A DNA stretch of 64,000 bases from Alphaproteobacteria bacterium (lineage in GTDB: Bacteria > Pseudomonadota > Alphaproteobacteria > SHVV01): the NCBI GenBank assembly GCA_965261735.1, contig OZ253470.1:2240001-2304000 (forward strand). Direction: 5' to 3'. Both the position numbers and the translations under genes were made by a program. Positions within the stretch are counted from its first letter, which is position 1, and the number at the start of each line of letters is the position of its first letter. Positions 31,396 to 42,039 of the stretch are shown piece after piece. Under the pieces are notes generated by a model. That model saw only the letters and a list, made by a program, of their open reading frames with translations. It did not search any database and was not told where the DNA came from.

Positions 31396-31625
31396 CAGTC
31401 ACCAGGTGCGGCGGCTCGAGGAATTCCTCGGTACGGCATTGATCGACCGCGCGGGCAAGCGCCCCAGACTGACCGATACCGGCCGCCGCTACCTCGAGCA
31501 GATCGAACCCGCGATACACCAGATCCAAAGGGCAACCGAAGCCCTACTGCCGGCGGGCGGCCGCAGCATCGTACGCCTCACGCTGCCGCCCTCGCTCGCC
31601 GCCACATGGCTGATCCGAAAATGCT
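31396..31625 (+). pseudogene. LysR-family regulator fragment
   Basis: SHQVRRLEEFLGTALIDR...LTDTG...LTLPPSLAATWL, cut by IS on both sides. Confidence 0.8.
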
Positions 31626-31629
31626 CTAG

Positions 31630-33002
31630 CAGGCTGCTGAAAAAGTCATCATTGCCGGGCCTTGAACTCGGATTCATCGCCGAAATGAAATGAGATTTCG
31701 TGTCTTAGGGTGAAACCGTCTTCAATCTCGACCGATCCGATGCCCTGGGCTTCGTCCAGTTCGATGATCTGCCACTTTGCGGTCAGCGGCGTGCCGGCAT
31801 CGCCCGTCATGTTGGCGCCTCCGCCAGCAGTCTGGGTAGTCGGACGAGGTTGTAGGCGGCCAAGGCCAGGGTGAACGAAGCGTCGACCCGGTGGCGGCCC
31901 CGGAATTTGGTCTTGCTCAATCCCGCGCTCGTCTTGACCCAGCCGAAGACCTCCTCGATGCGCTTGCGGCAACGTTGGCTGACGCCGTAACCGGGATGGC
32001 GCGTCGTGCGCCCGTCTATCTTGGTCTTGCGCCGCTTGCCGGTCTTGGTGACGTGGTCCTGGACGGCGATATGGGGGGTCACCTTGCGGTGCCGCAGTTC
32101 CTCGACAAAATCCGCGACGTCAAAACCCTTGTCCCCGCCCACCGTGATCCGACGCCGCCCGCCTCTACTCTCCACCGGGCGATGCCTGTCGATCAGATCA
32201 AGGGCGGCTTCGCGTTCCGCCGTGCCCGACGCAATGGTCACGCCGCCGCCGACTGCCAGACCATGGCGGTTCTCCGTCAGCGCATGGCCCATGTAACACA
32301 GCTTGCTTTCCCGGCCATTACCCTTGCGATAAAGCCGGGCGTCCGGATCAGTGGTGCTTGCATGGGTCGCGTTCGAGCGTTTCTCGCCATGAAAATCCCG
32401 CGCGGCGTTGCGCCCCGATCCCCCGTCGCCATCGTCCTCACCTTTGGGACGAAAGCTCTTCATCGACGCCCAGGCCTCGATCAATGTTCCGTCTACCGAA
32501 AAATGATCCCGGCTCAATAGTCCCCCTACCTTGTGGTGCTGGATAACCCCCGCAAGCAGCTGCCCCGAAACCTCCGCCTCCAGAAGACGGTCCCGGTTGT
32601 GGCAGAACGCGCTGGCGTCCCACACGCCATCGTCCAGCCCAAGCCCCACAAACCAGCAAAACAGCATGTTGAAGTTTAGCTGCTCCATCAGCTGACGCTC
32701 CGAGCAGATCGAATAAAACGCCTGCAACAGTAACGCTCGAAGAAGCTTCTCCGGCGGGATCGATGGGCGACCCATGTGGGAATAAAGCGTCTCGAACTCC
32801 GAAGATAGAGACCCCAATACGTCGTTCACGATCTCACGGATCAGACGCAGCGGATGATCATCCGGAACACGCTCTTCCAAGTCTACGTAGCTGAATAAAT
32901 TGCCACTGCTTTGATCTCGACCCCGCATGCCATCCTCCATCACTCGAAGGAATCACAGAATCATGTCACAACTGCAAAGGCGAGGACTTTTTCAGCAGCC
33001 TG
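31630..33002 (-). mobile_element. IS5-family element
   Basis: Perfect IRs CAGGCTGCTGAAAAAGTC flanked by CTAG on both sides. Confidence 0.93.
31807..32943 (-). CDS. IS5-family transposase
   Basis: GRPSIPPEKLLRA, FSVDGTLIEA, STTDPDARL, GDKGFD and RKRIEEVFGW motifs. Confidence 0.92.
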   Translation of the reverse strand: MMEDGMRGRDQSSGNLFSYVDLEERVPDDHPLRLIREIVNDVLGSLSSEFETLYSHMGRPSIPPEKLLRALLLQAFYSICSERQLMEQLNFNMLFCWFVGLGLDDGVWDASAFCHNRDRLLEAEVSGQLLAGVIQHHKVGGLLSRDHFSVDGTLIEAWASMKSFRPKGEDDGDGGSGRNAARDFHGEKRSNATHASTTDPDARLYRKGNGRESKLCYMGHALTENRHGLAVGGGVTIASGTAEREAALDLIDRHRPVESRGGRRRITVGGDKGFDVADFVEELRHRKVTPHIAVQDHVTKTGKRRKTKIDGRTTRHPGYGVSQRCRKRIEEVFGWVKTSAGLSKTKFRGRHRVDASFTLALAAYNLVRLPRLLAEAPT

Positions 33003-33006
33003 CTAG

Positions 33007-34886
33007 ACGCGTTGCGCCGCCAGGTCGAAGAGATCGGCGATGATTTCGATCCCGACGGCGCGCTTGCCGATGCCATAGAAGCCGCCGGCAACGTGATACT
33101 CCCTTTCTCCTTCATCTTTCGCGCCGATGATGATCCCTTGCGGAGCCGGGAGCGCGCCGCTTCCAGGGCGGTTGGCAGCTGGGCCTATCAGGGCACGCGC
33201 CTCGCCGAGTCTGAGGAGCCTCGCCTGCCGCTACGCGCGGATGACCTGTTCCCTCCGGTGAACCGGATCGCTAAGCGCGCCCTGAGCGGCGGCCACGTGA
33301 ACGTCGGGCGCGAATCCGACGGCACCACGCGCTACGAATACCCGGTGCTCGCGTATCAGGGAAAGTACTACCCCTCGCTCTCGGTCCAGGCGGCGCGCGC
33401 TTTTCTCGGCATTGCGCCGGGTGAGGTTGTCGTCACGCTCAACAAAGGCCTTCAGCTCGGCCCGCTTTGGCTTCCGACCGATGATCGCATGCGTATGGTC
33501 GTCAACTTCTATGGGGTCGGCGGGACCATCCCGATCCACTCGTTCACCGATGTCGTCAACGGCAAGAAGGCGCCATCCCACTTCGCCGACAAGATCGTCC
33601 TGATCGGCGCCAACGCCACCGGCATCAAGGATGAGTTCATCACGCCGTTCTCGCCAAACCTCTCCGGTACCGAGCGGCTCGGCATCGTCATTGACAACAT
33701 CCTGCAACAGCGCTTCATCGCGCGGCAGAGCTATTACTGGTTCATCGATGCGGCGATCGCCATTACCGGCGGCCTGATCCTCGGAGTGGCGGCGTCCAGG
33801 CTCTCGGCCTTTGCGTTCAGTTTCTTCACTCTGGCACTGGGGGTGGCGCTCATTGTCGGCAATCAGCTGGCCTTTGCGGTCTACAACCTGTGGCTCAACG
33901 TCACCCTGCCGGCGGCGGCCCTGCTGATCGCCTATAGTTCGCTCAGCATCTACCGCTATTTCGTGCAGGAGCGCAGCGCACGCGAGATTCGCTCGGCCTT
34001 CAGCCATTACATCCACCCCGATATGGTCAGGGTTCTGGCCGCCGACCCGGAGCGGCTGGTTCTCGGCGGCGAGATGCGGACGATGACGCTATTGTTCGCC
34101 GACATTCGCGGCTTTTCCACGATCGCCGAGCACTTCAAGAGCGATCCCCAAGGGGTGACCCGCCTGATCAACCGTTTCCTGACGCCAATGACCGACATCA
34201 TCATGGACCGCCGCGGCACCATCGATAAGTCCATGGGCGACTGCATCATGGCGTTCTGGAACGCGCCGCTCGATGATGCCGAGGACGCGGCACACGCCTG
34301 CGACGCGGCGCTTGCCATGATCCGCGACCTGGCCGTTCTCAACGACGCCTTGAAGCGGGAGGCGGAGGCCGAGGGACGCCCCTTCCACGTCATCGAGATC
34401 GGTGTCGGCCTCAACACGGGCGAATGCTGCGTCGGCAATCTCGGCTCGGAGCAACGATTCGATTACTCGGTGCTCGGCGATGCCGTGAATCTGGCTTCGC
34501 GGCTGCAGGGGCAGTGCAAGGCCTATGGCGTCGACATCGTGATCGGTGAGGAGACGCGCAGCGCGGCGCCTGACTTCGCGACCGTCGAGCTCGACCGCAT
34601 CGCCGTCTCGGGCAAGACCGAGGCGATCCGCGCGTACGCCCTGGTGGGAGACGAATCGTACAAGGCCGATCCACGGTTCCAGGATTTCCTGGCCGTTCAC
34701 AACGCGATGCTCGCGGCCTATCGATCGCGCGACTGGGCCCGGGCGCGTAATTTGATCCGCGAGTGCCTGCGCCTCAATCCGGACCTTCGCGCCCTTTACG
34801 CTCTCTACGGCGCGCGGATCGCCCAGTTCGAGGAAGCGCCGCCGCCAGAGAGCTGGGATGGGGTGTTCGTGGCAGTTGCCAAGTAA
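33007..34886 (+). pseudogene. CHASE2-domain adenylate/guanylate cyclase, 5'-truncated by IS5
   Basis: CHASE2 C-terminal part (KIVLIGA.A.G..D...TP), three TM helices, FADIRGFS, GDCIMAFW and GDAVNLASRL. Confidence 0.88.
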
Positions 34887-34895
34887 GGCGAACCA

Positions 34896-36122
34896 TTGAG
34901 GGGCAGGTACCTCGGAGGGATCGCCGCACTGGGTGTGCTTCTAGGCCCGGTCGTTCAACCCGGGGCCCAGACCTTTATCGAGGCCCTGGTGGACGGCCGG
35001 CCAACCATCGACGTGCGCTACCGCCTCGAGAATGTCGATCAGGACGGTTTCGCCCGCGAGGCGCTGGCCTCGACCTTGCGTACGCGGATCGGCTACGAAA
35101 CGCGAAGTTACGAAGGCTTCTTCGCCTTCGTTGAGATCGAGAACGTCAGCGCCGTCGGCAACGAGGCGTTCGATGACACGATCGAGGGTCGAGCGCGGTT
35201 TCCGGTCGTCGCTGACCCGGAGACCACTGAAATCAACCAGGCGGTGCTCACTACCGACCGGTTGCCCGATTCGCTGGTGCGGCTGGGGCGCCAGCGAATC
35301 GACTTCGACAATCAGCGCTTCGTCGGCAACGTCGGCTTCCGCCAGAACCAGCAGACCTTTGACGCCGCGCTCATCACCAACCGCTCATTGGTCGATACCA
35401 TCGCCACCTACGCCTACGTTCACAACGTGAACCGGGTGCTCGGTGATGATTCGCTCGACGGCGATTTCGAATCCGAGAGCCACCTGATCAATCTCGCCTA
35501 CGAGGGGCTCCGCCTCGGCCGCCTCTCGGCCTACGCCTACCTCATCGATCTCGACAACCAGGCCGCCCTGTCGTCGCGGACGTTCGGGCTCCGCTTCGCC
35601 GGCAGCCATCGCTTCTGGTTCAACCGCGACGTCGGTATCGTTTATGCGGTCGAGTTTGCCCGGCAGAGCGACCACGCCGGACACCCGGGCGATTACGACG
35701 AGAGCTACGTGCTCGTGGAACCCGGTATCATCTATGGCGATCTGGTGGCGAGACTCGGCTATGAGCTTCTCGGCGGCGACGGCGCCAACAGCTTTCAGAC
35801 GCCGCTCGCTACGCTGCACGGCTTCAATGGCGTTACCGATAAGTTCCTGGTGACGCCGACCGCCGGTCTCGAGGACCGCTTCGCCCGGGTCTCGTATGAG
35901 CTGGAAGAGCTCGGGCCGTTCGAATCGGCGGTGCTCAGTGCCGCCTATCACGACTTTCGCTCCGACCGCCTCGACCTCGACTTCGGCTCGGAATGGAGCG
36001 TCAAGGCGGAGCTGAAGGTCAGCACCGCGTTCTCCGTGTCGCTGGAATACGCGGATTTCGACGCCGATCTCATCTCGACCGATACCCAGATCATCTGGAC
36101 CACGCTGCAAGTTCGATTTTAG
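34896..36122 (+). CDS. Outer-membrane beta-barrel (alginate export family-like)
   Basis: Signal peptide, GRQRI.FDNQRFVGNVGFRQN.QTFD, FQTPLATLH.FNG and C-terminal F. Confidence 0.8.
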   Translation: MRGRYLGGIAALGVLLGPVVQPGAQTFIEALVDGRPTIDVRYRLENVDQDGFAREALASTLRTRIGYETRSYEGFFAFVEIENVSAVGNEAFDDTIEGRARFPVVADPETTEINQAVLTTDRLPDSLVRLGRQRIDFDNQRFVGNVGFRQNQQTFDAALITNRSLVDTIATYAYVHNVNRVLGDDSLDGDFESESHLINLAYEGLRLGRLSAYAYLIDLDNQAALSSRTFGLRFAGSHRFWFNRDVGIVYAVEFARQSDHAGHPGDYDESYVLVEPGIIYGDLVARLGYELLGGDGANSFQTPLATLHGFNGVTDKFLVTPTAGLEDRFARVSYELEELGPFESAVLSAAYHDFRSDRLDLDFGSEWSVKAELKVSTAFSVSLEYADFDADLISTDTQIIWTTLQVRF

Positions 36123-36148
36123 GGTCGCCGGTCAGATCTCGGTTCGAC

Positions 36149-37345
36149 GTGAAGCGGCCCAATCCTGCCTTTTTCGTGCTTGCCGCCGGCTTCGTCCTGC
36201 TGCTGTTCAACGGCGGTTCGCGCTTCATCATGGGCCTGACGCTGGGGCCCATGACGGACGATCTAGGTTGGAGCCGCAGTACGCTATCGTTGACCGTGAC
36301 CGTCTTTCTGGTCGTGTCTTCGCTTGCCCTCCCGATCGCGGGACGACTGATCGACCGCTACGACGCCAGGTTCGTGCTCGCGTCGTCGGTGCTCCTTGCC
36401 TGCGTGAGCATCGCCCTCATGGGTGCCGTCGAGACGCCGCTTCAAGCGGTGATTCTCTACGGAATCCTGTTTGCGCTGGCCAGCGCTTCCACCTCGGTAC
36501 CGGCGATCGGCGCCATGATCAGTCAGTGGTTTCCTGACCGGATCGGCGCCGCCAACGGCATCGCGATATCCGGGTCAGGCATCGGGCAGCTCGTGATCAT
36601 CATGGTGCTCACGACGCAGCTTGAAGAGCTTGGATGGCGTGGCTCGTTCCTGGTTCTGGGCGCCGCCGGACTGGTGCTGATCCTGCCGATGGCGTTTTTC
36701 GCCGTCTCGCCGAGCTCAGCGCGTGGTGTGGCGGGCGGGCGCAGAGCCGGGCGCGACCAGATCGTTCCGGTGGTACTTTCAGCTCGCGCGATCCTGCGCT
36801 CTCGACAATTGTGGCTGCTGTTGGCGGTCTATGCCATCTGCGGGTTTCAGGATCATTTCGTGGCCACCCACGTGGTCGCGTTCGCCCGCGACCAGGGCAT
36901 CGGCGTTTTGCTCGCCGGCAATCTCTTCGCGTTCATGGGGCTGTTCGGGCTCGTCGGCGTTATCGGCTCGGGCTATCTGTCGGATCGTGTCGGTCCCGTT
37001 GTGCCGGCATCGATCTGCTTCGCCTTGCGAATCGCCATCTTCACCCTCGTGATAGCGAGCAGAGAGCCATTCGCGATCGCTGGTTTTGCCCTTCTCTACG
37101 GGCTCACATTTTGGATCACGGCGCCACTCTCGGTTGTCTTCACCCGCCAGCACTTCGGCGCTTCGCACCTTGGTACCATCGCCGGGTTCATTACGATGGT
37201 CCACAATGCTGCCGGGGGGCTGGGAGCCTACGTCGGCGGAGCCGTATTCGATACGTCCGGGAACTATGACGCGGTATTCCAGCTGGCACTCGGGCTATCG
37301 ATCGCGGCGTTGTTGCTGACCACGATGATTCGGCCACAAAGCTAA
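36149..37345 (+). CDS. MFS transporter
   Basis: About 12 TM; GRLIDRYDAR and GYLSDRVG motifs. Confidence 0.9.
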   Translation: MKRPNPAFFVLAAGFVLLLFNGGSRFIMGLTLGPMTDDLGWSRSTLSLTVTVFLVVSSLALPIAGRLIDRYDARFVLASSVLLACVSIALMGAVETPLQAVILYGILFALASASTSVPAIGAMISQWFPDRIGAANGIAISGSGIGQLVIIMVLTTQLEELGWRGSFLVLGAAGLVLILPMAFFAVSPSSARGVAGGRRAGRDQIVPVVLSARAILRSRQLWLLLAVYAICGFQDHFVATHVVAFARDQGIGVLLAGNLFAFMGLFGLVGVIGSGYLSDRVGPVVPASICFALRIAIFTLVIASREPFAIAGFALLYGLTFWITAPLSVVFTRQHFGASHLGTIAGFITMVHNAAGGLGAYVGGAVFDTSGNYDAVFQLALGLSIAALLLTTMIRPQS

Positions 37346-37391
37346 GCCGCGACCCTCGCACTGGGTTGCTTGGAGCAATTCGCGCCGTCAT

Positions 37392-38324
37392 TCACTCGCG
37401 CGTGCCGCGCGTCCGGCGCGCCGCGACATAGAGGCCGGCGAACACCAGCGCCGTGCCGACGAGGTGAAATGCCTGCAGGGTCTCGCCCAGCAGGGCGACG
37501 GCCAGGGCCGCGGTGAAGACCGGCATGAGGTAGAAGACCGTGCCCGCCTTTCCCGGTCCGACGTGGGCGATGGCGGTGTTGAGGAGGAGGACCGCGCCTA
37601 TTGAGACGAGGATCGCGATGTAGAAGATCGTTCCCACGGTCGCGAGGTCGAAACGGACGCGCGCGCCGCCGATCAGCATCTCGCCCAGGTAGACGGGCAG
37701 GGTGCAGAGAAACGCTGCAACGAGAATCGCTTCGAGCAGGACCAACGGCGAGAGCGCGGCGGGAACGCGGCTGACCGCCACCGCGTAGGCCGCGAAACTC
37801 AAGATCGCGAGCTGGACCCAAAGGTCGCCGACCACGAATTCGAGGGCGAGCAGGGACTGGAAATCGCCGCGCGCGATGACGGTCAGGGCGCCGGCGATCG
37901 CAATCGCGAGGCCCAGGATCTGACGCAGCGAGATCTGGTGGCCGAGCAGTAGCCAGGCGAGCGCGATGGTGAGCACCGGCCGCGTCGCATCGATCACGCC
38001 GGCATTGATCGCCGTCGTCGTGTGCAGCCCGACATAGAGAAACGCCTGGCCGCCGACGGACTGGGTAAAGCCGAGCACGAGGATCAGCTTCCAGTGCTCG
38101 CGCAACACGGGAAGCTGGGCCCGGAGCCCGCCCAGCACGAAGGGCAGCAACAGGAGCGCGGCCACCGCGCCACGCCAGAAGGTAAACCCCATCGGCGGGA
38201 TGTCCTCGCGCACGGCCCGGCCGACGATCGAATTGCTGGCGAACAACAGCACCGTCACCGTCACCAGGAAGTAGGGCGCCCACGCATGGCGCGTGAGGAA
38301 GCCTGGCGGCGGCCCGAGGCTCAC
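37392..38324 (-). CDS. DMT/EamA-family transporter
   Basis: About 10 TM with a duplicated EamA pattern (ALLGETL). Confidence 0.9.
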   Translation of the reverse strand: MSLGPPPGFLTRHAWAPYFLVTVTVLLFASNSIVGRAVREDIPPMGFTFWRGAVAALLLLPFVLGGLRAQLPVLREHWKLILVLGFTQSVGGQAFLYVGLHTTTAINAGVIDATRPVLTIALAWLLLGHQISLRQILGLAIAIAGALTVIARGDFQSLLALEFVVGDLWVQLAILSFAAYAVAVSRVPAALSPLVLLEAILVAAFLCTLPVYLGEMLIGGARVRFDLATVGTIFYIAILVSIGAVLLLNTAIAHVGPGKAGTVFYLMPVFTAALAVALLGETLQAFHLVGTALVFAGLYVAARRTRGTRE

Positions 38325-38464
38325 TTCCGTTGCATCTCCGCTTTCATCGCGACACCCCTTGTGACTGCCGGGCCCTGGGCGGGGTATAAGAGCCCGTTCG
38401 CTCGACGATAAATATAGCCTGGGCGTCGCGCAAAAGCCGGCGTCAAAAAGCCCGGGAGGCCCTC

Positions 38465-39343
38465 ATGGCGTTCGACGACATGCCCGATCGCGGCCGGCTC
38501 ATGCTGCCCGGGGCCCATGACATCACCGACCGCATGCTGGCGATGTCGAAGGACATCGTGCCCGGCCAGCGCTGCGACCTCGACGTCGCGTACGGCGCCG
38601 ACTTCTACCAAAAGCTCGACGTCTTCCTGCCCGCCGCGGAAGGCTTGAGCGGCTTACCCGTGCTGATGTTCTTTCATGGCGGCGCCTGGCGCCACGGCTT
38701 CAAGGAGTGGGAGGGCTTCATCGCGCCCAACATCACGAGCTTGCCCGCCATCTTCATCTCCGGGAACTACCGCCTCGCGCCCGAGGCGAAATGGCCGGCC
38801 CCGCTCGACGACGTCGCCGACGCCCTCGCGTGGGTGTGCACGAATATCGCCCGCTACGGCGGCGATCGCGATCGGGTCCTCATGGGCGGGCACTCCGCGG
38901 GCGGCCACCTCACCTCGATGCTGACGCTGAGGCCAGAGTATTTGGGCGCGCGCGGCCTGCCCGAGGACGCGATCAAGGCCTGTCTGCCGATGAGCGCGGT
39001 GTTCGACCTCAGACTCGACCGCTTCCCGGCCGGCGGGACGCGCGAGAGGGGCGCGCTCAACCTGTTGGTGGACCGCGCCGACGCTTACGACGCGACCCCG
39101 GCCGAGCACGCCGCCGGCAACCGCACGCCCTTCTACATCAGCTACGGATCGGACGACACCGACGACATCAAGGCCGACGCGGCCACCATGGCGCCGCTGC
39201 TGGAGCGCGAGGTCGGGGTCGTCGAAGTAGAGGTGTTCGACGGCTTGAGCCATTTCGCGACCAACGAGGCCTGCGCCGACCCCGATTTCGCGTGGATAAG
39301 GAAGGCGCGCGCGTGGCTCAGCGCGCCGCCCGCGCGCCCTTAG
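38465..39343 (+). CDS. Alpha/beta hydrolase (arylformamidase-like)
   Basis: HGGAW, GHSAGG and C-terminal SHF. Confidence 0.9.
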   Translation: MAFDDMPDRGRLMLPGAHDITDRMLAMSKDIVPGQRCDLDVAYGADFYQKLDVFLPAAEGLSGLPVLMFFHGGAWRHGFKEWEGFIAPNITSLPAIFISGNYRLAPEAKWPAPLDDVADALAWVCTNIARYGGDRDRVLMGGHSAGGHLTSMLTLRPEYLGARGLPEDAIKACLPMSAVFDLRLDRFPAGGTRERGALNLLVDRADAYDATPAEHAAGNRTPFYISYGSDDTDDIKADAATMAPLLEREVGVVEVEVFDGLSHFATNEACADPDFAWIRKARAWLSAPPARP

Positions 39344-40671
39344 GCGCCCGCGAGCAGGTCGTGCAACCAGCCTGCGTACGCGAAGAGCGCCGCGTCGCGC
39401 TCGGCCAACCCGATTAGCTGCAAGCCGACGGGCAGGCCCTGAATCGTCATGAGCGGCAGCGTGAGCGCCGGTACGCCGAGCACCGAGGCCGGCAGGTTGA
39501 AGGCCGGGTTGCCGGTGTGTTCGAGCCCCACCGGAGCCGGCCCCGTGGCGCCGAGGGTGAGAAAGCCATCGGCCCGGTCGGCGAGCGCTGAATACCGCTC
39601 GCGCAGGCGCTCGCGCTCGGCCGTGGCGGCGCGATAGTCATCGAGGGTCATGGACTCGACCGTCTCCAGCACCCCCTCCAGGATGGGGCTGAGGAGACCC
39701 GGGCCGCGATCGCGATAGTCGTTCAACGGCCAGCGAATTTCCCAGCTATTGATCGTCCGCGAGAGCTCGCCCGCGCGGTCGATGGCCGCTTCGAAGGCCT
39801 CAATTTCGGGCCAGTCCCTCCGTGATACCACCTCGACGCGCGCGTCCCGTAGCCGGGCGAGGTAGTGCTCGAGTGTCTGCTTGGCCTCGCCGTCGGCCTT
39901 CTCCCATCCCCTGGTCTCGAGCCGGATGACGCGGCGCAGCGGCGCGGACTCGGGCACGCCCGCGTCCCCGTACAGCCCGGGAGTGCCGGGATCGCCACCG
40001 ACGCGGCGGGCGATGTTGTGGGCGACGAGCCACGAGTCCGTGAGGCTCGCGGCAATGACGCCGAGGCAGCTCTGCGACATGTAGTCGTGGCAGCCGCCAC
40101 GGTTCGGCTTGAAGCCGTAGGCCCCGCAGTAGCTCGCCGGGCGGATAATGGAGCCGACCACCTGCGTGCCCAGCGCGGCCGGGATCATGCCGGCGCCGAC
40201 GGCGGCACCCGAGCCGCTGTTCGAGCCGCCCGGCGTCCGGCTCGTATCGAGTGGGTTGCGGCTCGGCCCCGGAAAGGGCCCGGCGAACTCGCACGTCACG
40301 GTCTTGCCCAGGATGACCGCGCCGGCATCCCTGAGTGCGCGCACACACGCCGCATCGCGCCCCGAGTGCCAGCCCTCGTACACGGGCGAGCCCATCTGTG
40401 TCGGCATGTCGCGGGTTTCGATGACGTCCTTGATGCCGATCGGCATGCCGTCGATGGGCGAGAGCGGCGTGCCGGCGCGGTAGCGGGCCGAGGCCTCGTC
40501 GGCGGCCTTGCGCGCGCCCTCGACGTTGAGCGTGACGAAAGCCCGGACCTCGGCCTCGCGCGCCTCGATCCGCGCGAGGCACCCCTCGAGGTAATCGCGC
40601 GGCGATTGAGCGCCCTCGAGAAACGCCGCTGTCGAGCGGGAGAAAGGCCGGAGTGCGTCTCCTTCAGCCAT
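39340..40671 (-). CDS. Amidase signature family protein
   Basis: IGIKD, GKTVT, TPGGSNSGS and GSIIRPASYCG. Confidence 0.9.
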   Translation of the reverse strand: MAEGDALRPFSRSTAAFLEGAQSPRDYLEGCLARIEAREAEVRAFVTLNVEGARKAADEASARYRAGTPLSPIDGMPIGIKDVIETRDMPTQMGSPVYEGWHSGRDAACVRALRDAGAVILGKTVTCEFAGPFPGPSRNPLDTSRTPGGSNSGSGAAVGAGMIPAALGTQVVGSIIRPASYCGAYGFKPNRGGCHDYMSQSCLGVIAASLTDSWLVAHNIARRVGGDPGTPGLYGDAGVPESAPLRRVIRLETRGWEKADGEAKQTLEHYLARLRDARVEVVSRRDWPEIEAFEAAIDRAGELSRTINSWEIRWPLNDYRDRGPGLLSPILEGVLETVESMTLDDYRAATAERERLRERYSALADRADGFLTLGATGPAPVGLEHTGNPAFNLPASVLGVPALTLPLMTIQGLPVGLQLIGLAERDAALFAYAGWLHDLLAGA

Positions 40672-40730
40672 GACATCTCCCTCGGGCACGGCCGTCTCGA
40701 TGCGCCGGCGGTGGGCGGTGCTTTCGGTGC

Positions 40731-41534
40731 CTAACCGTGGGCGCTGACGCGGCGGAACGCCACGCGTCCACCGCCGCTGTAGTCGCCGAGCGCGTTGTGA
40801 AGGTTGCACCGGTTGTCCCAGATCACGAGATCGCCGGGGATCCAGTGATGGCGGCAGGTGAACGCCGGCTGCGTGCAATGCGCGGCCAGGAAGCCGAGCA
40901 GGGCGTGGCTCTCGGCAGGCGTCAGCCCGACGATCTCCGTCGTGAAGCCGGGGCTGACGAACAGCGTCGTGCGCCCCGACTCGGGATGCTTGCGGACCAG
41001 CGGGTGGACCGCCGGCGGGCGCTCCTCGTGGCCGCGCACGAACGCCGCCGCGCTATGCACCGCCTCCAGCGTCGCGAGATAGCCCTGCATGATCGGCGAG
41101 AGCGCCTCGTAGGCGGCATAGAGGTCGGCGAAGCATATGTCGCCGCCCTTGGGCGGCATGGCCTCCACATACAGGAGCGAGGCGCCGGCCCACTCGTCCT
41201 CGTTGGCGTAATCCGAGTGCCACGCGCTGCCGGTGTCCACGAATTCGCGGACCGTCGGCGCCTGCCCGACGTCGTAGGAAACCTGGTAGATTTCGGGATG
41301 GCCGGGCACCGCATGCTCGCGCGAGTCGGCCTCGAAGAGTGCCCCGAAGCGGGCGCCGAAATCGACTTGGTGGCGCGGCGTGAGGACCTGATCGCGCACC
41401 ACCATCACGCCGTCGTGATCGAGCCAGGTCTGGTGGAGTTCGTTGAACAGGTTGTCGCCCAGCGGTTTGGCCAGGTCGATGCCGACGATCTCGACGCCGA
41501 AGGCGCCTGCCAGTCGGCTCGCGGTGTACGTCAT
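40731..41534 (-). CDS. TauD/TfdA-family dioxygenase
   Basis: WHSD, HPLVRKHPESG and WDNRCNLH. Confidence 0.9.
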   Translation of the reverse strand: MTYTASRLAGAFGVEIVGIDLAKPLGDNLFNELHQTWLDHDGVMVVRDQVLTPRHQVDFGARFGALFEADSREHAVPGHPEIYQVSYDVGQAPTVREFVDTGSAWHSDYANEDEWAGASLLYVEAMPPKGGDICFADLYAAYEALSPIMQGYLATLEAVHSAAAFVRGHEERPPAVHPLVRKHPESGRTTLFVSPGFTTEIVGLTPAESHALLGFLAAHCTQPAFTCRHHWIPGDLVIWDNRCNLHNALGDYSGGGRVAFRRVSAHG

Positions 41535-41703
41535 GCTCGCCCACCTCGTCGTGGTCTTTGAGGCCACTAGGATAGTTGAGAATCGACGGCGGCACTAGAC
41601 GTGGCGGCGGTTGTCTGCCGGCGCCGGGGCCTTTCGGCGGTTGCGCGAAAGGAGCGGCTGGCGGATGCTGGGCCGGGCAAGGGAAGGCGCACGGAGGTGG
41701 GTC

Positions 41704-42039
41704 ATGGCCGACGGCCACGCGATTCAGGAGGTCGAGAACGCGCTCGAAAAGATGGACCTGCGGGATCGCCCCGACGTTCGCCGCGTGGCGCGATGGCTCG
41801 TTTTCGTGTTGCGCGGTGGCAAGGACCCGCGTGTCGAGGCCGGCGCCACCATTCTCACGGCCGTCGGCATGCTCGCGATGGCCGCCGAGAGCCCGGGACT
41901 CGAGCCGCAGGAGGCCGACTACGTACGCCGCGCCGTCGACCGGGCCGCGGGCCGGCTCAAGCTGATGGCCGAGGACATGCGGGACCTCGCACCCGAGGAG
42001 CCGTTCCCATGGAGCGACGCCGGCGGCGAGGCCGGGTGA
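41704..42039 (+). CDS. Hypothetical protein
   Basis: GGAGG RBS; host-like codon usage; helical sequence. Confidence 0.6.
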   Translation: MADGHAIQEVENALEKMDLRDRPDVRRVARWLVFVLRGGKDPRVEAGATILTAVGMLAMAAESPGLEPQEADYVRRAVDRAAGRLKLMAEDMRDLAPEEPFPWSDAGGEAG

